Shown: positions 36,974 through 44,902 of the stretch, one piece after another
Layout of the letters: every line of letters starts with the position of its first letter
How positions within the stretch are numbered: the first letter of the stretch is position 1
Assembly (NCBI GenBank): GCA_005883615.1
Contig: VBEC01000024.1
Coordinates: forward strand, 1,130 to 65,129
Reading direction: 5' to 3'
Length of the DNA: 64,000 nt
Source of the DNA: Chloroflexota bacterium
Lineage (GTDB): Bacteria; Chloroflexota; Limnocylindria; Limnocylindrales; CSP1-4
Position numbers and translations under genes: made by a program
Notes under the pieces: generated by a model
Seen by the model: the letters and a program-made list of their open reading frames with translations, nothing else
What the model was told of the DNA's origin: nothing
The model's database searches: none

Positions 36974-39010
36974 TCAGGCTTCCCTCACCGCCGGTATCAG
37001 CAGGCCGGCGAGACCGGCCCCGATCGCCACGAGTCCGAACACGCCCAATACCGGTGCGACGCCGACAGCCGAGGCGAGCAAACCGCTCAGGCCCATGGCC
37101 AAAGTCAGTGATCCGAAGACGAGCGAGAACCGGAACCCGACCACGCGCCCCATCAGTTCAGGCGGCGTGCGCTCCTGGAACAAGGTCTGGCTCGGGATGA
37201 TGTAGATCATGTTGGCGATGCCCGAGCCGAGGAAGAGGCCAAGCGCGAGTCGCAGCTGGCCAACGAAGGCGAGCATCGCGACGCACAAGCCGAATGCAAC
37301 GTAACCCACGGCGACGAGCCGGCCCTTGGCCAGACGCGTCCCGATAATGCCGATGGCGAAACCACCGATCAGGTTGCCAATGCCGATCGAAGTCTCGAGG
37401 AAGGCGTACGCAGCCTCCGGGTTCAACGGGCCCCGGGTGAGGGCCGTGTCCGCATAGACCGCGGTGAGGGCGGTGAGCCCGCCCGCTGCAAATTGGCCAG
37501 CCGCCCCCTGAAGCGTGTTGGTGAGCAGCACCGACTCATTCCGCAGGAAACGCCAGCCGGCAAGGAGCTCCTTGCGAAGTCCGGGCCGTTTTGGCGTCGA
37601 TTCGCGCTCCCCCCTTCGGATGACCGCCGGCACGACCATCGAAGCGATCATCACGGCTGAGGCGACATACGTCGCGGAATCGAACCAGAACGCGAGCGGC
37701 AGGGCCGTCCCCAGGAAGGCCACGAAGAGGCCTGCCAGGGGATAACCAACAACGTCTGCGACGGTCTCGCCCAGCCACATTGCTGAGTTGGCACTCAGGA
37801 GCTCGTCCTTGCCGACAATCCTGGGCAGGATCGCGGTCCGCGCCGGCCGGAAGAACAGCGAGATCGTAGTGACCAGAAAAATGAGCGGATAGACGAGCAC
37901 GAGGTTGGTCAAGGCGGCGATCGGGATCAGGAGAACCACGGCACCCCGCAGGAGGTCGCTCACGACCATTGTCTCCTGGAGGCTCCAGCGATCCACGAGC
38001 GTCCCGGCAACAGGACTGAGAATCAGATTGGGCAGGGTCGCGGCGACGAACACCAGGGCGACCGCGATAGGGGACTGCGTGGCTCGCAGGACGAGGAACG
38101 CCAGGGCGATCTGGTTCGCGCGGTCACCGAACAGGCTGATGAGCTGGCCCACCCACAAGGCGGTGAAAGACCCGTTCAGGGCAAGGCGGACGAACGGATG
38201 ACCGCGCGCTCGCGCTGCGACCCGGGCGGCGACGCCGGCTTCGGGCGTAACCGGGATCCGCCGCAGCGCCGCCGAGGAGGGCGAGGCCAGGCCGGCTCCG
38301 GCGCTGCCCAGGACGAGAGGGCGCTCCAGGCTCGAAGCCTGTGCAAGCCCGGGCGAAAGGCCGGTCGACCAGGGTCGGCTCCAACCCAGTGGCGTTTGGC
38401 TGAGCGAGGCCCCCGCGTCTGCGGAAGCGGCGCGCAGTTCCTCGGACTCGTCGTAGCGGCGAACGCTCGTCGCGAAGAGGAAGAAGGCGAAACCGGCGCT
38501 CAGGAACAGGTCGCCCACCGACGCGACGTTGCGGATGACCGGGACGGGGATCGGGATGATGTCGCCGATCGGACCGGCATGCAGCAGGAAGCCCGCATCG
38601 AGCGTGGCACGCAGAACGACGTGGAACGTCGAGGGTACGTCCGCGAGCGTGAATCCGGCGGCCGTCAGCGCGCGCTCCCAGATCGGCATGTGGCCGCCGT
38701 TGATAGCGATGGCTGCGGCGTTTGAAAGGATGCCGACGAAACAGAGCAGGAGGCCTGGCTGCCGGCGGTTCAACCAAAGGCCGAACAGGAGCAACACGAA
38801 ACTCAGCGTGTAGAGCGGCAGCCGCAAGGCATCGGCCGGCCCGACGCCTGCATTGATCGCCGCCTCCGTCCCGAAGCGGACGATGACGCCGGCGAACAGG
38901 ACCGGCACGCCCCGCAGCCGGACGTCGGAAATGTTGGTGATGAAGCCGATCAGGCTGCCGCGGGCGAGAAGGCCGAGCATCAGGCCCAGGGCAATGCCCA
39001 GGAGGATCAT
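36974..39010 (-). CDS. DUF5317-like membrane domain fused to an MFS transporter (DHA3/H+ antiporter-like)
   Basis: N-terminal about 185 aa with NAAAIAINGGHMP, GPIGDIIP, SVGDLF (DUF5317 pattern); linker; 12-TM MFS with LWVGQLISLFGD, GTLVDRWS, FFRPA, FQERTPPELMGRV. Confidence 0.8.
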   Translation of the reverse strand: MILLGIALGLMLGLLARGSLIGFITNISDVRLRGVPVLFAGVIVRFGTEAAINAGVGPADALRLPLYTLSFVLLLFGLWLNRRQPGLLLCFVGILSNAAAIAINGGHMPIWERALTAAGFTLADVPSTFHVVLRATLDAGFLLHAGPIGDIIPIPVPVIRNVASVGDLFLSAGFAFFLFATSVRRYDESEELRAASADAGASLSQTPLGWSRPWSTGLSPGLAQASSLERPLVLGSAGAGLASPSSAALRRIPVTPEAGVAARVAARARGHPFVRLALNGSFTALWVGQLISLFGDRANQIALAFLVLRATQSPIAVALVFVAATLPNLILSPVAGTLVDRWSLQETMVVSDLLRGAVVLLIPIAALTNLVLVYPLIFLVTTISLFFRPARTAILPRIVGKDELLSANSAMWLGETVADVVGYPLAGLFVAFLGTALPLAFWFDSATYVASAVMIASMVVPAVIRRGERESTPKRPGLRKELLAGWRFLRNESVLLTNTLQGAAGQFAAGGLTALTAVYADTALTRGPLNPEAAYAFLETSIGIGNLIGGFAIGIIGTRLAKGRLVAVGYVAFGLCVAMLAFVGQLRLALGLFLGSGIANMIYIIPSQTLFQERTPPELMGRVVGFRFSLVFGSLTLAMGLSGLLASAVGVAPVLGVFGLVAIGAGLAGLLIPAVREA

Positions 39011-39082
39011 GTGTCGACCGTAACGCCCCGCGGGGCGCTTCGTACCGTTAGGTGGGTCTTGTCCGCCCGAGAGCGACGGGCG

Positions 39083-40495
39083 CTAGCGGACGTCGGCGCC
39101 AGTCCCAGCCTCGAGGAATGCGCTCGATGCGCTCATGCTCCCGGCAGCCTGCGCGATCAACGGCACCGGCCGCAGGTCCAGCGTGCCACCCGGGTCGGCG
39201 ACCCCCTCGACCCAACCCGTCTTGACGAAGGCATCGACCACCGACGGATCGAACTGGATCCCCGCGAATTTCCGAAGCTCTCCGAGCGCTTGCTCCGCCG
39301 TCAGCGGCTTCATCCGGTATGGACGGGCAGCCGTCATCGCCTCGAACGCGTCGGCGACGTGGAGGACCCTGGCCAACTTCGGAATCTCGTCACCGATCAA
39401 ACGGTCCGGGTAGCCCGAGCCGTTGTACCACTCGTGGTGGTGCCGGATGATCGGCAGCTCCGGGGCCAGTTTGGTGACCGGCGCGATGATCTCGGCGCCC
39501 AGGACCGGGTGGGCATTCATCTTCATCCGCTCATCCCGCGTCAGGCGCTCCTGCTTGAGCAGGATGTTGTCGGGAACGCCGATCTTGCCGACGTCATGGA
39601 GGAGCCCGCCCCATTCCAGGGCCTCCAACTCCGGCTCGCCAAGGCGCATCACCCGCCCGATGTCGGTCGCGATCTGCATCACGCGTTTGGAATGGTTGCT
39701 GGTGAACGGGTCACGCTTGTCCACGGCCTGCGCCAGGCTGGCGATGGTCTGCGTGAACATCTCCCGCATTTCGACGAATCGGTGGTACGCCACCCTTGTC
39801 GTGTAAAGGGGCAAGGCAAACAGAAGAGTTGCCCACCATCCGACGTCAGGGACCTGGTATATCCGCGCCATCAGCCATGCAAGCGGAGCAAGTGCGAATA
39901 GGTTTGTTCCGAACCCTCTCGCGTCGCCGAGTGCGACGACCTTGAAATCTTGTCCGGTACGCAGTGCAACGAGGGTTGCAGTGATGAACACATTCGCCAC
40001 GAAGAAAACACCGGCGCCTGACAGAGTCCCCAAGAAATCGGGCCAGACAGCCGCGGGGCTTGTCTGGATCGTGCTGCACACAATCCCGCCGAGAACAGCA
40101 GGCAGAACGATTACCGCGTGATTCGCGAGGGTCCCGTACCAAGGCACTCGGCCGCGCAGTTCGCGGACTTCGAACGTGCCCACTGCTCCGACCCACCCCG
40201 CGGCGACCGGACCGCCGAGGCTCATTGCGGCAACGATCGGGGCGATGGAGACTGCCACTATCGTGCCCCGGGGCATCCGGACAGGCAAAGCCGAGGCACA
40301 TAACGCCACGAGGATCCAGAAGACGACACCGCCCAGGACGCTGGCCAACCCGTGATCCGAGGGCAGGATGGCGATGTCTTGCTTGATGCCAAGCACCCAT
40401 CCAGGCCTGGCGGAAAACACAAGACTCGTGGCTGCGAGCGAAACAGCACTCGAAACCACGAGTCCGAATATGTAGAGCTTCAGGGACCTGGGCAT
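39083..40495 (-). CDS. Membrane-sensor (about 7 TM, MASE-like) HD-GYP c-di-GMP phosphodiesterase
   Basis: Hydrophobic N-half; DKRDPFTSNHS, LLHDVGKIG, HPVLG, HHHEWYNGSGYP, VADAFEAMT, RPYR. Confidence 0.93.
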   Translation of the reverse strand: MPRSLKLYIFGLVVSSAVSLAATSLVFSARPGWVLGIKQDIAILPSDHGLASVLGGVVFWILVALCASALPVRMPRGTIVAVSIAPIVAAMSLGGPVAAGWVGAVGTFEVRELRGRVPWYGTLANHAVIVLPAVLGGIVCSTIQTSPAAVWPDFLGTLSGAGVFFVANVFITATLVALRTGQDFKVVALGDARGFGTNLFALAPLAWLMARIYQVPDVGWWATLLFALPLYTTRVAYHRFVEMREMFTQTIASLAQAVDKRDPFTSNHSKRVMQIATDIGRVMRLGEPELEALEWGGLLHDVGKIGVPDNILLKQERLTRDERMKMNAHPVLGAEIIAPVTKLAPELPIIRHHHEWYNGSGYPDRLIGDEIPKLARVLHVADAFEAMTAARPYRMKPLTAEQALGELRKFAGIQFDPSVVDAFVKTGWVEGVADPGGTLDLRPVPLIAQAAGSMSASSAFLEAGTGADVR

Positions 40496-40515
40496 CGGAG
40501 TCCTGTACGACTTAC

Positions 40516-40555
40516 ATGCCCACGCACTCTATACCCTCCGAGTTATCGCGGGCAT
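40516..40555 (-). other. Intergenic RNA hairpin between peptide gene and HD-GYP gene
   Basis: Arms ATGCCCGCG / CGTGGGCAT (9 bp incl. one G-U) with inner ACTC/GAGT stem. Confidence 0.5.
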
Positions 40556-40568
40556 TAGGTCATGCGTA

Positions 40569-40658
40569 CTAGAAGCCCCTAAATGACGCTCCGCCGGCAA
40601 GAGCAGTGGCCGCCACTGCCCCGAGGACAGTGAGCAGGCGATACAGCCTAGCCTTCAT
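40569..40658 (-). CDS. 29-aa signal-peptide-like small protein MKARLYRLLTVLGAVAATALAGGASFRGF (putative signalling-peptide precursor)
   Basis: Manual translation; SD AAAGGA 7 nt upstream of ATG; basic n-region, hydrophobic h-region, short polar/aromatic tail; lies between riboswitch and HD-GYP gene. Confidence 0.8.
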   Translation of the reverse strand: MKARLYRLLTVLGAVAATALAGGASFRGF

Positions 40659-40684
40659 CTGTCGATCCTTTGTCCTTGCCTTGT

Positions 40685-40717
40685 CTACCAGGGCTTGGTC
40701 GCGCTCTCAGGATTCAC
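40685..40717 (-). CDS. 10-aa uORF MNPESATKPW
   Basis: GTG start 7 nt after a perfect GAGGAGG, TAG stop at 40685. Confidence 0.4.
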   Translation of the reverse strand: MNPESATKPW

Positions 40718-40750
40718 GCTCGATCCTCCTCGCGGCCTTCGTGTCCAAGA

Positions 40751-40786
40751 AACACGAAAACCGACCAGACTGATTAGGTCGGTCGG
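40751..40786 (-). terminator. Intrinsic terminator forming the riboswitch expression platform
   Basis: CCGACCGAC-CTAATCA-GTC(T)GGTCGG followed by TTTTCGTGTTTCTT. Confidence 0.8.
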
Positions 40787-40851
40787 TTGCACTACTCGCT
40801 CCGCCCCACCCTAAGTGCCCATTTCAGGTGGGGCTTCGGCGCATTCCGAGC
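40783..40851 (-). ncRNA. Cyclic di-GMP-II riboswitch aptamer
   Basis: TCGGAA...GAA-GCCCCACC-TGAAATGGGCACTTAG-GGTGGGGC-GGAGCGAGTAGTGCAA-CCGA: P1 TCGG/CCGA, 8-bp stem, loop GGGCAC able to pseudoknot with GTGC, and the conserved GAG..AGTAGTGCAACCG 3' segment of the class II consensus. Confidence 0.88.
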
Positions 40852-40863
40852 GTCTTCACATCG

Positions 40864-40889
40864 CTTCCTAGTACTGAAGTACTGGGAAG
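40864..40889. promoter_or_regulatory. Near-perfect palindrome just downstream of predicted TSS (5' hairpin or operator)
   Basis: CTTCC-T-AGTAC-TGAA-GTACT-G-GGAAG. Confidence 0.55.
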
Positions 40890-40897
40890 TGAGCCGG

Positions 40898-40927
40898 ACT
40901 ATAGGTAGCCCGGAGTAGACCGGTCAA
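40898..40927 (-). promoter_or_regulatory. sigma70-type promoter for riboswitch/peptide operon
   Basis: TTGACC-N18-TATAGT on the minus strand. Confidence 0.75.
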
Positions 40928-40946
40928 TACGTCAGGTTACCTATCC

Positions 40947-43900
40947 TCACAGAGAATCCAAGGGCGGTGGCTCGATTCCGAGCTGGTCCCGCATCATCGT
41001 GGCATAGTGTCCGTACTGTTCGGCGGCCGCCGCGTGAGCGCCCGTCAGTCGGTAAAGTCTGAGAAGCGAGACCTCGATACCGTCGGCGTCTGGATCGATT
41101 TCAACAGCGCGCCGAGCGATCGCGATCGCGCGATCGAAGTGAGCTTGCCGGGTGTCGTCCGAAACCGATCTTTCAACCACCTCCAGGTACGCTGCATGGA
41201 GGGAGTCCCGGTAGCTACCAGCCCATTCCTCGTACGAGAAATCGAGTGCAAAACGGCCGGTGTAGAACGAACTGATCATCTCGATCGTATCCGAGGATGG
41301 CGCCCCTCTTACGCTCCGCAGAAGTTCTCGACAGTGCACACTTCGGGCGCGGATGAGGGTTTGGTCGAGCCAGATCACATCCGAATCGTGATGGACATAC
41401 CCCGCCGACAGGTCGTCCTTGTACCCGGGCTCGAAGGCTCTTCGCAAGAAATAGATGGTCTGGTTGAGAGAGTTGACTGCAACGACGGGCTCGAGATCTG
41501 GCCACAGCGCCTCAAGCACCTCGTCACGAGTCGCCGCCAGATTCGGGCGGGTTATCAGGAAACAGAGAAGCGACAGAACTTTGCGACGCAATTCCGTGCC
41601 GAGGATGGTCCGCTGTCCAACCGTGACTGCCACGCGTCCCAGGTCTTCAACAAAAACCGCAGGTGCCAGCCTTCGAGCCAGTCCTCTCCCCAACTCCGGA
41701 TCCGCCAGCGCTCCCTTGAGGCGCTTTGCCAGCGACCTGAGCACAAGCACATCCTCTTCGGCGCCCACGAGATCAAGAAGGCGTGCGGCCGCGGCACCGT
41801 GCTTGCCAACGGTCCGGATTCCATCCCGGAGAGGCTGGCGCCAGCGCTCGGGTCGTAATGCGACCTCGGAGGTGAGCCGACTCATGCTGTCGTCATCGAG
41901 ATCGCCAAGCCGCCCCACGATCGCCTCGGCAGCCATGCTTAGGATGGCCGGGTCCTCCAAGGCGATCGATCGAATCCCGGCGTTCATCGAGGCAGCTGGC
42001 TCCAGCACGAACCTCAACAGACGACAATAGCGAACCCATAGACCCGCACGTTGCTTGCGAGCCCATGCACTCGCGCGATCGACGATTTCAGAGGCATCGC
42101 GGCTCGATCTGCCGATCGCAATTTGCGCTTGCATGGCAAGTTGCCTTGAACCGTAAGCGGACTCTGCGGTGAATTCGTCTCTATCCAATGCGGCCACGAG
42201 GTCGGCGGCCTCTTCGAGACGAGATTGGCGGATCAGGGAATGCGCAAGCGACAGATTCCTAAGTCCGGAGAATTGTGGCTGCCAAATTGCGTAGCCATGA
42301 GCCTCGTGGAGCATCTGCTCGCCTACCAAGGCATCGCCGTACCAGTTTTCTATGTCGGCGGATTCGATCAGGACCTCCGCCTTTCCTAGCGCATGGGCCG
42401 ACGAGACAGCGACCCCAGAGGCGGCGCGGGCCTCGGCTAGTCGGCCTTCGTGCGCAAGTCCCCAAGCTAAGGCTGACTTGGCGGACGCCACTTCGTGCCC
42501 AGCTGAGGTCCCTTCCAGAAGCGTTGTGGCGTCAGACGCAGCCTTCACTGCTCCAGGCGCATCGCCCAGCGCCCGGCAAGCTGCAGCGACATTGTGGTAA
42601 GTGATCCCCAGATAGTGCTCGTGACCCCTCGCTTCCTGTTTGCGGGCCATGGCCATCAAGTGATCGCGGTAGCCGACGATGTCCCCGAACGTCGAGCTTT
42701 CGACTGCTAGGCGCAAACCTTGGGCGATCATTCGCAGATCGCCCTCCTGTGTCCGCTGCTCAAGCTCCTTGGCCCGCTCGCGCGCATCCTTGAGATTCCC
42801 AGCCGTGAAGAGCAGTGACATTAGGTTGGCAAGAGCTAGGTTCGAGATGTCGCACCGATCCTCTTCCCCAAACGATTCATATGCGAGGTGTGCCCGCCTG
42901 AGGGCCGCGCTGATTCGATCGGCGTTAATGTCAATACGCGAAAGAATCATTTGGACAACTGGGGTGGAGCTATACGCCGAAAGACTTTCGACATAGGACG
43001 CCGCGCGAGCGAACTCTCCACCACCCATGACTATTTCGACAGCGCCGATAATTACGGAGAACAAGGATGCGGTGTCACCAGTGTTCGCGTAATGGTAAGC
43101 CGCCAAACCCCAGTCCCTGCTTTCGGCAAACCGTGCGATCGTTCGGTGAAGTTCAACTACCCCTTCCGCGCCAATCTCGCGCCTGAGGCGCGCCTCCAGG
43201 AAGTCGCGCACGAGTGGATGGAAGCGCAGCGAAGAGTTGGCCAGTTCGGCGCGACGCGATATCAGCCCGAGGCGCTCAGATTCGTCAAGTGCCTGTCCGG
43301 CGTCCTCGACCGTCCGACCTGTTACGACGCTCGCAAGAACGGGATCGACGGTTTGGAGGATCGACGTGCGCATGAGAAACGCCTGCAGCGCCTCATCCAA
43401 GGTCCCGACCACTTCCTCGGCCAAGTAGTCGTGAAGCTCCCCATGCGCCCCACTGAGGTTGCGGATGAAGGAGCGCACCTGGGCGGCAGATCTGTCACGG
43501 AGGGCGGATTGGACGAGTTGCAGCGAGGCCGCCCAGCCTTCGGTTCGATGCGACAGGTCCGATAGCACGTCGGGATCGAGCGGACGGCCATAGGTATCGC
43601 GGAAGAGGCGTTCGGTCTCGTCCTGGTCGAAACGCAGATCGTCGGTCGTCAACTCGGCGATCTCGCCCTGGGCGCGGAGTCGGGCGACAGGCAAAGTCGG
43701 CACCCGTCGGCTGAGGACCACCAGCGTCATGCGCTCCGGCGCTCGCGTCACGATATCGCGCATGATCGCCTGCACCTCGGGGACATCGTCCACCAGGTGG
43801 TAGTCGTCGAATATCAGGATCGATCCCGAACCCAGTGTCCCGAGCTCGCGGATGAACGCCTCGACCACTGTGGACCGACTCGGCGCGCTGGTGCCCAGCT

Positions 43901-44324
43901 CGCGCAGGAGGCCGAACGTGCCAGGAGCGAACGTTGGGTCTATTTGGCGGCCTGCCGCGACCAGGTAATTGATGAAGCTGACCCAGTTGCGATCTTCCTC
44001 GTCGAGCCGATACCACAGGGTCGGTGGCCGACTGCGACGCGCGAAGTCCGACAGCAGCGTGGTCTTGCCATAGCCCGCTTCGGCGCTGACGAAGATCAGG
44101 CGGCTGTGGATCTTGCTGTTCAGCCAGTCGAGGAGGCGATCGCGGCGCAACGTTTCCGCGCGAAGGGGCGGTCGCTGTACTTTCGTGGCCTGGATCGGGA
44201 ACGTGCCGGATGCGTTGTCCGCTGGAGGCACGCCGCTATCAGCCCCGTCTCCGTCGTTTCGATCAGAACCGACCGACTGCTCAGGATCGGGAGCCGGGGA
44301 CGCTTGGTGGACGCCCTTGCTCAT
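40947..44324 (-). CDS. Large STAND-type transcriptional regulator: MalT-like NTPase, helical sensor region, C-terminal winged-helix plus BTAD (SARP-like)
   Basis: ATKVQRPP, Walker A AEAGYGKTT, WYRLDEED, LIFDDYHLV, TEGWAASL, YLAEEV, FHPLVRDFL; C-term RDEVLEALWPD, YEEW, AVEIDP, LGIEPPP. Start uncertain (44324 or 44393). Confidence 0.88.
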   Translation of the reverse strand: MSKGVHQASPAPDPEQSVGSDRNDGDGADSGVPPADNASGTFPIQATKVQRPPLRAETLRRDRLLDWLNSKIHSRLIFVSAEAGYGKTTLLSDFARRSRPPTLWYRLDEEDRNWVSFINYLVAAGRQIDPTFAPGTFGLLRELGTSAPSRSTVVEAFIRELGTLGSGSILIFDDYHLVDDVPEVQAIMRDIVTRAPERMTLVVLSRRVPTLPVARLRAQGEIAELTTDDLRFDQDETERLFRDTYGRPLDPDVLSDLSHRTEGWAASLQLVQSALRDRSAAQVRSFIRNLSGAHGELHDYLAEEVVGTLDEALQAFLMRTSILQTVDPVLASVVTGRTVEDAGQALDESERLGLISRRAELANSSLRFHPLVRDFLEARLRREIGAEGVVELHRTIARFAESRDWGLAAYHYANTGDTASLFSVIIGAVEIVMGGGEFARAASYVESLSAYSSTPVVQMILSRIDINADRISAALRRAHLAYESFGEEDRCDISNLALANLMSLLFTAGNLKDARERAKELEQRTQEGDLRMIAQGLRLAVESSTFGDIVGYRDHLMAMARKQEARGHEHYLGITYHNVAAACRALGDAPGAVKAASDATTLLEGTSAGHEVASAKSALAWGLAHEGRLAEARAASGVAVSSAHALGKAEVLIESADIENWYGDALVGEQMLHEAHGYAIWQPQFSGLRNLSLAHSLIRQSRLEEAADLVAALDRDEFTAESAYGSRQLAMQAQIAIGRSSRDASEIVDRASAWARKQRAGLWVRYCRLLRFVLEPAASMNAGIRSIALEDPAILSMAAEAIVGRLGDLDDDSMSRLTSEVALRPERWRQPLRDGIRTVGKHGAAAARLLDLVGAEEDVLVLRSLAKRLKGALADPELGRGLARRLAPAVFVEDLGRVAVTVGQRTILGTELRRKVLSLLCFLITRPNLAATRDEVLEALWPDLEPVVAVNSLNQTIYFLRRAFEPGYKDDLSAGYVHHDSDVIWLDQTLIRARSVHCRELLRSVRGAPSSDTIEMISSFYTGRFALDFSYEEWAGSYRDSLHAAYLEVVERSVSDDTRQAHFDRAIAIARRAVEIDPDADGIEVSLLRLYRLTGAHAAAAEQYGHYATMMRDQLGIEPPPLDSL

Positions 44325-44501
44325 GGGGCCATCAGGCCTCTGCCGGGCCAGCTTGCTCCTGGCGACGGCGGATCCGGGGTTGCGCAAGGGCATGGCGGCA
44401 ATGGTGCCCGACGCCCCTCATCCACCGATTAGCTGCGCGCACTGAGCCTCGCGTCGGCCGACCATCCCACCGTCCAGGAGGCATCCGGCGATCGCCTGCC
44501 G

Positions 44502-44705
44502 TCAACCCTCGTACTCGAAGCCGATCTTCAGCTCGACTCGATACTCCACGATCTCGCCGCCCTCCACGGCTGCGGTGGACTGGACGACCTCCACCGTCCG
44601 GATATTGCGCACGGTTTTGCTGGCCGTGGCAACTGCCTGGCGGGCCGCATCGCTCCAGGAGCGCGGGCTCGTGCCGACCATCTCGCGGATGATGATGATG
44701 CCCAT
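44502..44705 (-). CDS. Dodecin-family flavin-binding protein
   Basis: EMVGTSPRSWSDAARQAV...VRNIR...EYRVELKIGF; SD AGGAGG. Confidence 0.88.
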   Translation of the reverse strand: MGIIIIREMVGTSPRSWSDAARQAVATASKTVRNIRTVEVVQSTAAVEGGEIVEYRVELKIGFEYEG

Positions 44706-44804
44706 CAGGCTCCTCCTGCATGGTGGGTTCGCCGACGTGCGGCCGGCCGGGAGCGACAGTCTAGGCCGCTGGCGGAGCCTTCGAGGGCCGGCCGGAACAG
44801 CAGG

Positions 44805-44828
44805 AAGCCGGCCCAGCAGGGTCGGCTT
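44805..44828. terminator. GC-rich hairpin downstream of zinc-ribbon gene
   Basis: AAGCCGGCCC-AGCA-GGGTCGGCTT; weak U tract. Confidence 0.4.
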
Positions 44829-44902
44829 CGAATGAGTGACTGGCCTCGCGTCCTTCCTCCGGGTCGACCCCCGTCATCGACCAGGCTGAGGCGAGAGGCA
44901 GG

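Noticed and set aside
39024-39037. Perfect 14-bp palindrome CGCCCCGCGGGGCG between HD-GYP and DUF5317-MFS
   Set aside because: All-GC, no U tract, plausible by chance in this genome; kept only as a note.
40783-40851. c-di-GMP-I (GEMM) or tRNA-like identity for the leader RNA
   Set aside because: Lacks the GEMM-I tetraloop/receptor layout and a cloverleaf; matches class II pseudoknot motifs instead.
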